A stretch of DNA of 59,159 nt from Pseudomonadota bacterium. GTDB lineage: Bacteria > Myxococcota_A > UBA9160 > PR03. The notes beneath the pieces were generated by a model. That model worked only from the letters and a program-made list of their open reading frames with translations. It did no database searches and was not told where the DNA came from. Of the stretch, positions 47,359 through 59,158 are shown piece by piece; position 1 is the first letter of the stretch, and every line of letters starts with the position of its first letter. Where the stretch lies: positions 1 through 59,159 of the forward strand of contig QEVM01000005.1 of NCBI GenBank assembly GCA_003576805.1, read 5' to 3'. Both the position numbers and the translations under genes were made by a program.

Positions 47359-48479
47359 TCAGCCGCCCGCCAGCAGCGTCTGGACCTCGCGCGCGAACTC
47401 GTCGCGGAAGCGCGCGGTGGAGAAGCGCTCCGCGTGGCTGCGGATCAGCTTCGCGTCGAAATGGGGCTCGGCCTCCTCGAAGCGGCGCACGGCGTCGGCG
47501 AGCGCGGCGGGCGTCTGCGCGTCGAACCACACGCCCGTCGCGTGCGCGGCGCCGTCGGCGGGCCCGACCAGCGGGCGCACCGTCTCGGTGGCGCCGCCGC
47601 GCGCGAAGGCGATCACCGGGCGGCCCGACGCCTGCGCCTCGAGCGCCGCGATCCCGAAGTCTTCTTCCTGCGGATACACGAGCGCGCGGCAGCGCGCGTA
47701 GAGCCGCGCCAGCTCCGCCTCGGGGACGCGACCGAGCAGCTCGACGCCGCGCGGCGCGCGCCGCGCGAGCGCCGCGCGCAGCGGACCGTCGCCCACCACG
47801 ACGAGCCGGCGTCCCAGCTTGCCGAACGTCTCGATCGCGAGGTCCGCCCGCTTGTACGGGACGAACGCGCCGACGAGCAGGTAGAAGTCGTCGGGCGGCC
47901 GGCCGTCCGGCCGGAACGCCTCGACGTCGACCGGCGGGTACACCACCGAGGCGTCGCGCCGCCAGTGGCGCCGCACGCGCTCGCGCACGTACTCCGAGAT
48001 CGCGACGATGCGCGTCACGCGCGCCGGGCTCGCCGTCGCGCGGTCGAAGTGGCGCAGCGCCGCGAGCAGCGGCTCGGCGGCGGCGCGGCGCAGGCCGCGG
48101 CCGAGGTACGCCTCCACCGCGTCCCACGCGTAGCGCATCGGCGTCAGGCAGTAGCAGAGGTGCGGCGTGCCGGGCGCGATGCGAGCCGCCTTCGCCATCG
48201 CGTGGTGCACCGACACGACGAGGTCGTAGCCGTCGATGCGGAGCTGGCGCACCGCCCACGGCAGCAGCGGCAGCAGCTCGCGGTAGTGGCGCGCGGAGCC
48301 CGACCAGCGCTGCAGCGGGCTCGTACGCACGTTCAGCGCGTCGATGCGCGGCGTGGTGGAGCCCGGCACGTGCACCAGCGTGTAGAGGTCCGCGGACGGA
48401 AACAGCACCGCGAGCTCGTCGAGCACGCGCTCGCCGCCGCGCAGGCCGGTCAGCCAGTCGTGGACGAGCGCGACGCGCA

Positions 48480-48480
<1 letters not shown>
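47359..48480 (-). CDS. Glycosyltransferase family 4 (mannosyltransferase-like)
   Basis: ALVHDWLTGLRGGERVL, YCLTPMRYAWD, VYPPVD, PYKRAD, EEDFGIAALEAQASG. Confidence 0.92.
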
Positions 48481-50432
<1,952 letters not shown>

Positions 50433-50521
50433 GGGGCCAACGTAGCAACCGCTTTCAAGGGCTCACGGCCGGGTGCCGATACCCACACGCAGACCGCCGA
50501 GGCCCCGCAGGAGCGATTCGC

Positions 50522-50812
50522 TTGCTGGGCGACGGGATCTTCATGTTGGGCGAGCAGGGGCTGCACCTGCTCTTCGACGCCGACACGATCGAGACGGCGC
50601 TCGGCCGCGATCCGGCGGCCCTGCGCGAGCTGGTCGTGGCGCACCGCGCCGAGCTCGAGACCGTGCTCGGCGAGATCCTCGAAATCGCCGACGCCGCCAC
50701 CGCGCGCAGCCTCATCGCGGCGCTTCCGCGCGAGCTTCGACACGTGCTCGTGCATCTCTACTTCGAGATCCTCGACGGGCGGATTCGCGGCCGCGGGGTG
50801 CCGCTGCAGTAG
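50522..50812 (+). CDS. Small helical hypothetical protein (start 50522 or 50543)
   Basis: Protein-like composition and GC3-rich codons; no motif recognised. Confidence 0.55.
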   Translation: MLGDGIFMLGEQGLHLLFDADTIETALGRDPAALRELVVAHRAELETVLGEILEIADAATARSLIAALPRELRHVLVHLYFEILDGRIRGRGVPLQ

Positions 50813-53747
50813 CGGCCTGCGCCGCGCGCTCGACCAGCGCGGCGATCGTCCAGGGCGTCGGGATGCGGACGCGCTCGCCGTCGCGCGTGCGGAAGAGCAG
50901 GAAGCGCTGCTCGACCGCGCGGTCGAACAGGTCGCGCAGCAGCTCGACGTCGCGCCGGCAGTAGCGCTCGATCTCGTCGACGCGGCCCTCCTTCCACCAG
51001 GCGAGCGACTGCAGGCCGTCGGCGCCCTTCGGCACGCCGAGGTTCTCCTCGGCGAGATGGCCGAGCGGGAGCCGGAAGCCGATGCGGTCGCGGATCGCGT
51101 CGAGCACGTCGAAGGTCGGCAGGCGCGCGAGATCCCGATCGGTGTAGCCGCGCAGCACCTCGTAGTCGAAGCGGCGCACGTTGAAGCCGACCACGAGGTC
51201 CGCCTCCGCGAGCCGCGCGAGGAGGCCCTGCACCTCGCGCTCGCGCCAGCTCTCGAAGCGGCCGTCCGCGGCGTCCCACGTGACGGCGAGCGCGACGCGC
51301 ATCAGCTGGGCGTTGTGCCAGCCGCCGACCTCCTCGGCGCTGCGCTGCGTCTCGACGTCCACGAACACGAGCCGCGCGGGCCGGGCCGCGGGCGCAGGCT
51401 CCGCGGCGGCAGCGGCCGGCGGCGACGCCTCGGCGCGCGCGAGCTGCGGCAGCGGCTCGTGCGCGAGCAGCAGGCCGAGCGCGCGGATCGCGGCGGCCTT
51501 GTCGATCGGGCGATTGCCGCTGCCGCACTTCGGCGAGTGGACGCACGCGGGGCAGCCTTCCTCGCACGGGCAGTCGCGCACGCGCTCGAGCGTCGCCTCG
51601 AGCAGCGTCTCGACGCGCTCCCACAGGCTCGTCGCGAGGCCCATGCCGCCCGGCGCGCCGTCGTACAAAAAGATCGCGGCGCGCCCGACCTGCGCGTGCC
51701 CGAGCGTCGTGATGCCGCCCACGTCGTGGCGGTCGCAGAGCGCGAAGAGCGGGAACAGCGAGAGCGCCGCGTGCTCGACCGCGTGCAGGCCGCCCATCGG
51801 GTGCAGGCCCGCCGCGCGCAGCGCGGCCGGGATCTCGTCGGGGATCTCGAGCCAGATGCCGGTCGTCTCGATCGAGCTCGGCGGCAGCTCGAGCGGCTCG
51901 CTGCCGATCAGCTCCTGCCCGTGCACGCGCCGGCGCTCGAAGCCGGTGATGCGGGTCGTGACGCGGAGCCGCCCGCGCGCGAGGCGGAAGTGGCCCGCGG
52001 GCCGCGCGGCGTCGCGCGAGAGAATCTCGGTCTCCTTCTCCGAGACCGCGCGCGTGAACCACGGCGCGTCGACGGCGCGCACGCGCACGCGCTTCTCGTC
52101 GAGGTCGAGCTCGGTGACGAGGTACTGCCGGCCGCGGTGCAGGTAGATCGCGCCTTCGTGGCACTCGGCGAGCACGCGGCCGCCGCCGATCGTGCCGATC
52201 TCGACGGGGCGCTCCTGCTCGAGGTCGAGCTCGATGGCGTAGCTCGATCCCGCCTGGCGCAGGTCGACGTCGCGGTGCGGGCGCCGCCGCGACGCGAACC
52301 ACTCGGTGCCCGCCTCGCTGCGCAGCAGGCGCCCGCGCTCCTCGACCGCCTCGACGCTCGCGCGCACGCCGGGCTCGGCCAGCCACGCCTCGCCGGCGCG
52401 CAGCGGGATCTCGTCGGCCGCGCAGGGCAGGTGCGCGGCGGCGATCTCGACGTTGTTCGGGTCCACCACCGCGTGCTCGAACTCGCGCTCGAACAGCATG
52501 CGCGGATGCGACACCAGGTACTGGTCGAGCGCGTCGGGCTGCGCGATCAGCACGACGAGGCCTTCCTGCGCGCGCCCGACGCGGCCGGCGCGCTGCCAGG
52601 TCGCCATCTGGCTGCCCGGATATCCGACCAGGATGCACACGTCGAGGCCGCCGACGTCGATGCCCATCTCGAGCGCCGACGTCGAGATCACGCCGTCGAG
52701 CTTGCCGGAGAAGAGCTTCGCCTCGATCTCGCGCCGCTCCTCCGCGAGGAAGCCGGCGCGGTAGGACGACACGCGCTCGCGAAGCTGCGGCTCCGCCTCG
52801 ACGACCCAGGTGTGGATCAGCTCGGTGATGCGGCGCGCCTTGGTGAAGGCGATCGTGCGCAGGCCGAGCGAGATCGCGGCGCGGAACAGCTTGGCGGCCG
52901 CGGTGTAGGGCGAACCGTCGGGATTCACGAGCACCACGTGGCGGCGCGGGCGCGGCGCGCCGTCGGCCTCGATCACCGCGAAGGACCGCCCCGTGAGCGC
53001 CTGGGCGAGCTCGCCCGGGTTCGCGATCGTGGCCGACGCCGCGACGATCTGCGGGCGCGCGCCGTGGTGCGCAGCCGCGCGCAGCAGGCGCCGCAGCACC
53101 TGCGCGACGTGCGCGCCGAAGACGCCGCGATAGGTGTGCAGCTCGTCCACGACGACCAGCGCGAGCGACTCGAAGAAGCGACGCCAGCTCGCGTGCTGCG
53201 GCAGGATGCCCATGTGCAGCATGTCGGGCGTCGTCACCAGCACGCGCGGCGGGTGTTCGCGGATCTTCTTGCGGCGACTGGTCGGCGTGTCGCCGTCGTA
53301 GATCTCGACGACGCCCTCGGGCGACCAGCCGAGCGCGCGCACGTCGGCCTCGAGCCGGTCGCGCTGATCGCGCTCGAGCGCCTTCAGCGGGAACAGGTAG
53401 AGCGCGTGCGCGTGCTCGCCCGCGGCGAGCGAGCGCAGCACCGGGAGGTTGTAGACGAGCGTCTTGCCGCTCGCGGTCGGCGTGGCGAGCACGACGTCCT
53501 CGCCGGCGGCGAGGTGCGCGAGCGCGCGCGCCTGGTGCAGGTAGAGCGCGTCGACGCCGCGGCGCGCGAGCGCGGGCGCCAGGCGCTCGTAGCCCGGCGG
53601 CAGCGCGCCGAAGGCGGGCGGGCGCTCGGGCAGCACTTCGTGGTGGCGGAAGCCTTCGCGCAGGCCTTCCTGGTGGCGCAGCGCGTGCAACAGCTCGGCG
53701 ATCGCAGTGCGTGCGCCGCGCAGCGGATCCGGCAGGGAGATCGACAA
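50712..53747 (-). CDS. DEAD/DEAH-box helicase with DUF1998 Cys cluster, fused to a C-terminal RNase H-like/DEDD nuclease (MrfA/SftH + MrfB-like)
   Basis: LYLHQ, TPTASGKT, DELH, SAT, ALEMGIDVG, QRAGRVGR, CDRHD, CPCEEGCPAC; then DVET, GFN..FD, YC..D. Confidence 0.9.
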   Translation of the reverse strand: MSISLPDPLRGARTAIAELLHALRHQEGLREGFRHHEVLPERPPAFGALPPGYERLAPALARRGVDALYLHQARALAHLAAGEDVVLATPTASGKTLVYNLPVLRSLAAGEHAHALYLFPLKALERDQRDRLEADVRALGWSPEGVVEIYDGDTPTSRRKKIREHPPRVLVTTPDMLHMGILPQHASWRRFFESLALVVVDELHTYRGVFGAHVAQVLRRLLRAAAHHGARPQIVAASATIANPGELAQALTGRSFAVIEADGAPRPRRHVVLVNPDGSPYTAAAKLFRAAISLGLRTIAFTKARRITELIHTWVVEAEPQLRERVSSYRAGFLAEERREIEAKLFSGKLDGVISTSALEMGIDVGGLDVCILVGYPGSQMATWQRAGRVGRAQEGLVVLIAQPDALDQYLVSHPRMLFEREFEHAVVDPNNVEIAAAHLPCAADEIPLRAGEAWLAEPGVRASVEAVEERGRLLRSEAGTEWFASRRRPHRDVDLRQAGSSYAIELDLEQERPVEIGTIGGGRVLAECHEGAIYLHRGRQYLVTELDLDEKRVRVRAVDAPWFTRAVSEKETEILSRDAARPAGHFRLARGRLRVTTRITGFERRRVHGQELIGSEPLELPPSSIETTGIWLEIPDEIPAALRAAGLHPMGGLHAVEHAALSLFPLFALCDRHDVGGITTLGHAQVGRAAIFLYDGAPGGMGLATSLWERVETLLEATLERVRDCPCEEGCPACVHSPKCGSGNRPIDKAAAIRALGLLLAHEPLPQLARAEASPPAAAAAEPAPAARPARLVFVDVETQRSAEEVGGWHNAQLMRVALAVTWDAADGRFESWREREVQGLLARLAEADLVVGFNVRRFDYEVLRGYTDRDLARLPTFDVLDAIRDRIGFRLPLGHLAEENLGVPKGADGLQSLAWWKEGRVDEIERYCRRDVELLRDLFDRAVEQRFLLFRTRDGERVRIPTPWTIAALVERAAQAATAAAPRGRESARRGSRSRDARARVEARAEAPR

Positions 53748-53925
53748 GGGGGGTCGCCTCGCCCGCGAGGCCGCGACGCGGTTCGCCGCCGTGAGCGGGA
53801 GCCGGCCGTGCCTCGAGAGTCGGTGGAGGCGGGGAGGACCGCCTCGCGCTCGAACGGGGGAGGTGGCGGCATCGTACCGGGCTCCGATGGCGGCCGCGAG
53901 CGGCGTCGCGCATGCTGCGCGCGCG

Positions 53926-54372
53926 ATGCGCGTCTCACTTCAGGCGCAGTACGCGATCTGCGGCGTCTTCGACCTCGCCTACAACGGGCGCGGCGAGCCG
54001 GTGCAGGTGCGCGTGATCGGCGAGCGACAGCGCATTCCGACCCGCTATCTCGAGCAGATCTTCCAGCGCCTGCGCCGCGCGCGCGTCGTGACGGGCAAGC
54101 GCGGTCCCGGCGGCGGCTACGTGCTCGCGCGCGCGGCGTCGGCGATCACGCTGCGCGACGTCGTCGAGGCCGTCGAAGGGCCGGCGCCCGACTGGATCGC
54201 GCGCGCGCCGGGCGACGCGCCCGCGCCGCACCGGCCCGACTTCTTGTGGCCGCTGCTCGCCGAGCGCTTCGCGGCGGCGCTGGCCGAGACCACGGTCGAC
54301 GCGCTGTGCCGCGACGCGGCCCGTGCGGCGGTCGCGCGCGACGACGCCGACGGCGGCATGTACTACATCTGA
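53926..54372 (+). CDS. Rrf2 family regulator, CymR-like
   Basis: YLEQIFQRLRRA...RGPGGGYVLAR...ITLRDVVEAVEG; no three-Cys Fe-S motif; C-terminus DGGMYYI. Confidence 0.88.
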   Translation: MRVSLQAQYAICGVFDLAYNGRGEPVQVRVIGERQRIPTRYLEQIFQRLRRARVVTGKRGPGGGYVLARAASAITLRDVVEAVEGPAPDWIARAPGDAPAPHRPDFLWPLLAERFAAALAETTVDALCRDAARAAVARDDADGGMYYI

Positions 54373-54384
54373 GTCGCGCGGCGC

Positions 54385-54669
54385 TCAGCGCGCCGGCGCG
54401 ATGCGCGCGGGATCCTCGAGCAGGATCTCGACGGGATTGCAGTCGAGCCCCGCCGCGATCCAGCAGAGCGTGCCGTACGAGACCGGCGCATTGCGCTCTT
54501 CGACGGCGCTCAACACGCGCGGCGCGACGCGCGCCGGAAGCCCGGTCGCGGCCTCGTTCGCTTCGTCGATGCGCCGTGCGAGCTCGCGCGGCGACCAGCC
54601 GCGCGCGTGGCGCAGACCGCGGATCGCGAGGCCGTCCGGGCGCACGAGGCGGTCGTCTTCGGAGGTCAT
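54385..54669 (-). CDS. Small XRE-like helix-turn-helix protein
   Basis: AGGAG RBS; IRGLRHARGWSPRELA...VEE...TLCWIAAGLDC. Confidence 0.65.
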   Translation of the reverse strand: MTSEDDRLVRPDGLAIRGLRHARGWSPRELARRIDEANEAATGLPARVAPRVLSAVEERNAPVSYGTLCWIAAGLDCNPVEILLEDPARIAPAR

Positions 54670-54766
54670 GCGGCGTTTCTCCTGCTCGCGCGCAGGCTAG
54701 CCGTCCGCGCGCGCTGCGGGGCCAGCGCGCCTCGCCTAGACTGCGCCCTCCACGCGGAGGACCTCG

Positions 54767-55042
54767 ATGACGGTGACGGTGCGCGTGCCGGCCGCGCTGC
54801 GCGCGCTCGCGGGCGGCCGCTCGGAGCTCGCGGCGCCGGCGGGCCGGCTGCGCGACGTGCTCGACGCGGTCGGCCGCGAGTCGCCGGCGCTGCTCGAGCG
54901 CGTCGTCGACGCGGGCGCGCTGCGGCGCCACGTCAACGTCTTCGTGAACGACGAGGACGTGAGATTTCGCGAGCTGCTCGACACGCCGGTCCGCGACGGC
55001 GACCGCGTCACGATCGTGCCGGCCATCGGCGGTGGGTGGTAG
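54767..55042 (+). CDS. MoaD/ThiS/CysO-family ubiquitin-like sulfur carrier with C-terminal extension
   Basis: GGAGG RBS; VRVPAALR, VNVFVNDEDVRF, DGDRVTIVPAIGG-GW-stop. Confidence 0.9.
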   Translation: MTVTVRVPAALRALAGGRSELAAPAGRLRDVLDAVGRESPALLERVVDAGALRRHVNVFVNDEDVRFRELLDTPVRDGDRVTIVPAIGGGW

Positions 55043-55546
55043 GTGCGCGGCCGCATCGAAGTCGATGCGCAGCAGCCTCCGATCCCGGTGCCGACCGCGG
55101 TGCTGAACGAGGTGTTCGCACACGCGCGCGAGGCGGAGCCCGAGGAGTGCTGCGGGCTCATCACCGGCGCGGACGACGCGCCGTACCGGCACGTCGTGCG
55201 CTGCCGCAACGACATGACGCTCTGGCACCAGCGCGACCCGGCCGCCCATCCGCGCGACGGCAGGGACGGCTTCTACATGAACGAGCTCGACTATCTGCGC
55301 GCCGAGGACGAGGCCGCCGCGCGCGGCGAGCGCGTCACCTGCGTCTACCACTCGCACGTCGAGGCCGGCGCGTACTTCTCGGAGATGGACCAGGACTTCG
55401 CGGGCCAGCCGCTCTTCCCGTTTCCCGACGCCCATCACCTGGTGGTGTCGGTGGTGGGCGGCAAGGTCGTGGACCAGGCGATCTTCCGGCGCGACGAGCA
55501 GAGCGGGCGCTTCGTCGGGCGCCTCGTCGCGCACGGCCGCTCGTGA
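55043..55546 (+). CDS. JAB/Mov34/MPN metallopeptidase (Mec-like, M67)
   Basis: HAREAEPEECCGLI and YHSH...AYFSEMD (E...HxHx7Sx2D). Confidence 0.9.
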   Translation: MRGRIEVDAQQPPIPVPTAVLNEVFAHAREAEPEECCGLITGADDAPYRHVVRCRNDMTLWHQRDPAAHPRDGRDGFYMNELDYLRAEDEAAARGERVTCVYHSHVEAGAYFSEMDQDFAGQPLFPFPDAHHLVVSVVGGKVVDQAIFRRDEQSGRFVGRLVAHGRS

Positions 55547-56562
55547 TGCGCCGCGCCGCGCTCCTCGCCGTCGCGGCCGCGGCCGCCAGCGCCTGCGCGG
55601 GGCCCGGCACCGTCGACTTGAAGCGGCTGCCCGACTCGCCGCTCGCGGTGCTCTACCGCGAGGAGCGCATGGCGCTCGACCGCGTCGACGCGATCCGCGA
55701 CCTGCGCAAGCGCCGCACGCCGTCGCCGGCGGAGGGCGTGATCCGGCTCGAGACGCTCGACGCGATGTTCGGCGGCACGCCGGAGGCGCAGCGGCGGCTG
55801 CGCGACCTCGAGGGCCGCGCCGCGCTGGTCGATCCGCACACCGGCGACGCGACCGTCATCACGGGGCTGCCGCCCGGCGCGCGCCCGCTCGCGTGGTCGC
55901 CCGATCGCACGCGGCTGCTGCTGGCGGGCCGCTGGCGCGAGCAGGTGCAGCTCTTCGTGTGGACGCGCGCCACCGAGACCGCCGAGATCGCGACGTCGGG
56001 ACCGCGCGAGCATCCGATGGGCTGCCTGGGCCCGCACGGGCGGCTGGTGGCCGTCGAGGTGTGGCGCGTCGGGGCGTCGGTCGCCGGCCGCCTGCTCGCG
56101 ACGCCGCCCAACGGAGGCGGGCTGCGGCCGCTGACGCCCGGCCCGTCCGACATCCTGCCGACGTGCTCGCCCAAGGACACGCACGTCGCGTACGTGACCG
56201 CGAGCAGCGACGGCGCGACCGCGATCGCCGTGCTCGAGCTCGACGCGCCGGACGCCAAGCCGCGCGTGATCGCACGCGGCACCGATCCCGCGTTCACGCC
56301 GGACGGGGAGTGGATCGTGTACGCGTCGCGCACGGCGCACGGCATGCGGCTCTTCCGCATCCGCCCGGACGGCGCCGGCCGCACCGCGGTCGGACTCTCG
56401 CCCGACGACGAGAGTCACCCCGCGGTGTCGCCCGACGGCAGCTACGTGGCGTACGTGGTGAGCGACGACAACGATCGCGAGCGCCTGCGCGTGCGGCGTC
56501 TCGACGGCAGCGGAGACCGGCCGCTGGTGACGGACGGCGACGCGTCCGTCCCGGTCTGGTAG
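55546..56562 (+). CDS. TolB-like (PD40 repeat) beta-propeller lipoprotein
   Basis: Lipobox ASAC; PLAWSPD, PTCSP, PAFTPDGEWIVY, PAVSPDGSYVAY, PVW end; ATG overlaps the JAB stop (TGATG). Confidence 0.8.
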   Translation: MRRAALLAVAAAAASACAGPGTVDLKRLPDSPLAVLYREERMALDRVDAIRDLRKRRTPSPAEGVIRLETLDAMFGGTPEAQRRLRDLEGRAALVDPHTGDATVITGLPPGARPLAWSPDRTRLLLAGRWREQVQLFVWTRATETAEIATSGPREHPMGCLGPHGRLVAVEVWRVGASVAGRLLATPPNGGGLRPLTPGPSDILPTCSPKDTHVAYVTASSDGATAIAVLELDAPDAKPRVIARGTDPAFTPDGEWIVYASRTAHGMRLFRIRPDGAGRTAVGLSPDDESHPAVSPDGSYVAYVVSDDNDRERLRVRRLDGSGDRPLVTDGDASVPVW

Positions 56563-56572
56563 AGGAGGAGGA

Positions 56573-57832
56573 ATGACGGTGCAGGGCAGGGTGGATCTGG
56601 TTCCGGTGCACGGCGGGCTCGCGGAGCCCGTGGACCGCGTGGTGCCGCTCTCGCAGCGCGCGAAGCTGCTCGCGGAGGCGGCGAAGCTGCCGTCGATCGC
56701 GGTGACGAAGGCGGATCTCTCGACGGTGCACCGCATCGCGGACGGCACGCTCTCGCCGCTCGAGGGCCCGATGGGCCGCGACGCCTGGCACCGCGTGCTC
56801 GACGAGGGCGTCGTGCTGTGCGGCGGCAAGCGCTACGCGTGGGGCATCCCGCTCGCGCTCCCCGTGACCGACGCCGAGGCGCGCGCGCTCGCGGCCGGCG
56901 GCTCCGCGGCGATGCGCGCGGAGTCGGGCGACGTCGTCGCCGTGCTCGACGAGGTCGAGCTGTTCGAGTGGGACAAGCCGAAGTACGTGCGAGGCGTGTA
57001 CCTGACGGAGCGCGTCGATCACCCCGGCGGCCGCATGGCGATGGACGACGCGCGCACGAAGCTCGTCGGCGGCCGGCTGCGCGCGCTGCCGCAGGAGCAG
57101 CGCCCCGAGTGGACGATCTTCTCGCCGCGCCTGACGCGCGCCTTCATCCGCGACAAGAAGTGGCAGCGCGCGCTGGCGTTCCAGACGCGCAATCCGCTGC
57201 ACCGCGCGCACGAGTACGCGCTCGTGGCCGGCGTCGAGCGGCTCACGCGCGAAGGCTTCTTCACGGGCGTCGTGCTGAATCCGCTCGTCGGCGAGCTGAA
57301 GGGCGACGACGTGCCGGCCGCGACGCGCATGCGCTGCTACCGCGCGCTGCACGACGGCAAGCTGCTCGGCGTCGGCGACAAGGACGAGTCGCTGTGGAAG
57401 TCGGTCGGCTACGACCTGACCGAGGTCTTCGAGGTGCTGCCGCTCGACATCAAGATGTTCTACGGCGGGCCGAAGGAAGCGGTCATGCACGCGGTCTACC
57501 GGCAGAACCACGGCTTCAGCCATCTGGTGATCGGCCGCAAGCACGCCGACGCGCCCTTCGCGGACGGCTCGCCGATCTGGGGCGACTTCGATGCGCAGCA
57601 GGTGTTCGACTCGCTGCCCGGAGAGCTGCACCTCGCGCCCTGCAAGATCGGCTTCGCCGCGTTCTACGAGTCGATCGGGCGGGTCGACCTCACCGACGAC
57701 CACCCGAACGAGAAGCCGTTCGCGATCAGCGGCACGAAGGTGCGCGAGCAGCTCCAGAAGGGCGAGCGCCCGGATCCCCGGATCATCCGCCCGGAGATCT
57801 CCGAGATCCTGATCGAAGCCTATCGGGCATGA
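56573..57832 (+). CDS. sat: Sulfate adenylyltransferase (ATP sulfurylase)
   Basis: GAGGAGG RBS; [53 protein letters not shown]. Confidence 0.93.
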   Translation: MTVQGRVDLVPVHGGLAEPVDRVVPLSQRAKLLAEAAKLPSIAVTKADLSTVHRIADGTLSPLEGPMGRDAWHRVLDEGVVLCGGKRYAWGIPLALPVTDAEARALAAGGSAAMRAESGDVVAVLDEVELFEWDKPKYVRGVYLTERVDHPGGRMAMDDARTKLVGGRLRALPQEQRPEWTIFSPRLTRAFIRDKKWQRALAFQTRNPLHRAHEYALVAGVERLTREGFFTGVVLNPLVGELKGDDVPAATRMRCYRALHDGKLLGVGDKDESLWKSVGYDLTEVFEVLPLDIKMFYGGPKEAVMHAVYRQNHGFSHLVIGRKHADAPFADGSPIWGDFDAQQVFDSLPGELHLAPCKIGFAAFYESIGRVDLTDDHPNEKPFAISGTKVREQLQKGERPDPRIIRPEISEILIEAYRA

Positions 57833-57841
57833 GGGCAGCGC

Positions 57842-58957
57842 ATGCGCATCGGCGTCCCGAGGGAGACCAAGGACAACGAGTACCGCGTCGGGCTGACGCC
57901 CGACGGCGCGCGCCAGCTCGCCGGGCGCGGACACGACGTCCTGATCGAGCGGAGCGCGGGCGTGGGCAGCGGCTTCGCCGACGAGCAGTACACGCAGGCG
58001 GGCGCGCGGATCGCGGACGTCGAGGAGGTCTGGAGCGCGCCCGAGATCGTGGTGAAGGTGAAGGAGCCGAACGCGCAGGAGGTGAAGCGCCTGCGCGCCG
58101 GCCAGACGCTCTACGCGTATCTGCATCTCGCGCCCGACGAGGCGCTGACGCGCGGGCTGCTCGGCGCCGGCGTGATCGGCATCGCGTACGAGACCATCCA
58201 GCTCGCCGACGGCACCTTCCCCGTGCTGGCGCCGATGAGCGAGGTGGCCGGGCGGCTCGCGATCCAGATCGGCGTCGGGTTTCTGCAGAAGGACCGGGGC
58301 GGGAAGGGGCTGCTGATCGGCGGCGTCCCGGGCGTGCCGCGCGGCCGCGTGACGGTGGTCGGCGCGGGCATCGTCGGCATCAACGCGGTGCGCGTCGCGC
58401 ACGCGCTCGGCGCCGAGGTGACGGTGCTCGACGTCGACATGCGGCGGCTCACCTACCTCTACGACCTCTTCCACGGCGAGATCGGGACGCTCTACAGCAA
58501 CCGCTCGAACATCGAGCGCTCGGTCGCCGAGAGCGACCTCCTCGTCGGCGCCGTCTACCTGCGCGGCCGGCGCGCGCCGCAGCTGGTGACCGAGGCGATG
58601 GTGCGGACCATGCAGCCGGGCAGCGTGATCGCCGACGTCGCGGTGGACCAGGGCGGCTGCATCGAGACGATCCATCCGACCACGCACTCGAACCCGACCT
58701 ATCTCGTGCACGACGTGATCCACTACGGCGTCGCCAACATGCCCGCGGCGGTGCCGCGCACGTCGACGTTCGCGCTCACCAACACGACGCTGCCCTATCT
58801 CGAGCACATGGCGGAACAGGGCGTGGCGGCCGCGCTCCGCAGCGACCCCGCGCTCGCGCTCGGCGCCAACGTCTGGCGCGGCGAGGTGGTGTGCGACGGC
58901 GTCGCCGAGGCGCACGGCCTGCCGCTGCGCGCGCTCGGCGAGGTGCTGGGCGCGTAG
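57842..58957 (+). CDS. ald: Alanine dehydrogenase
   Basis: [55 protein letters not shown]. Confidence 0.95.
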   Translation: MRIGVPRETKDNEYRVGLTPDGARQLAGRGHDVLIERSAGVGSGFADEQYTQAGARIADVEEVWSAPEIVVKVKEPNAQEVKRLRAGQTLYAYLHLAPDEALTRGLLGAGVIGIAYETIQLADGTFPVLAPMSEVAGRLAIQIGVGFLQKDRGGKGLLIGGVPGVPRGRVTVVGAGIVGINAVRVAHALGAEVTVLDVDMRRLTYLYDLFHGEIGTLYSNRSNIERSVAESDLLVGAVYLRGRRAPQLVTEAMVRTMQPGSVIADVAVDQGGCIETIHPTTHSNPTYLVHDVIHYGVANMPAAVPRTSTFALTNTTLPYLEHMAEQGVAAALRSDPALALGANVWRGEVVCDGVAEAHGLPLRALGEVLGA

Positions 58958-59158
58958 TCAGAGCATGCGCAGGCGCGGCGCCGACGCGCGCGCCAGCAGG
59001 GCGGCCGGTCCGCCGCCGTCGTCGTCGGGATGGTGCGCGTGCCCGAACACGAGGTCGGCGTGCGCCTCGCCGTCTTCCTTGGCCGCGCTCTCCGCGATCG
59101 CGCGCGCCAGCCGCGCCACGCGCTCGGCGGGCTGCGCGCCGGGCTCGGGCAGCAGCGC
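58958..59158 (-). CDS. 3' end of a gene entering from the right edge; resembles the C-terminus of a GGDEF-like domain
   Basis: Manual translation ...[23 protein letters not shown]...[31 protein letters not shown]-stop. Confidence 0.4.
   Translation of the reverse strand, partial: ALLPEPGAQPAERVARLARAIAESAAKEDGEAHADLVFGHAHHPDDDGGGPAALLARASAPRLRML

Noticed and set aside
53901-53916. GG-N10-GC before the Rrf2 gene as a sigma-54 promoter
   Set aside because: Poor match at the -24 box (CGGCGT); such spacing is frequent by chance at this GC
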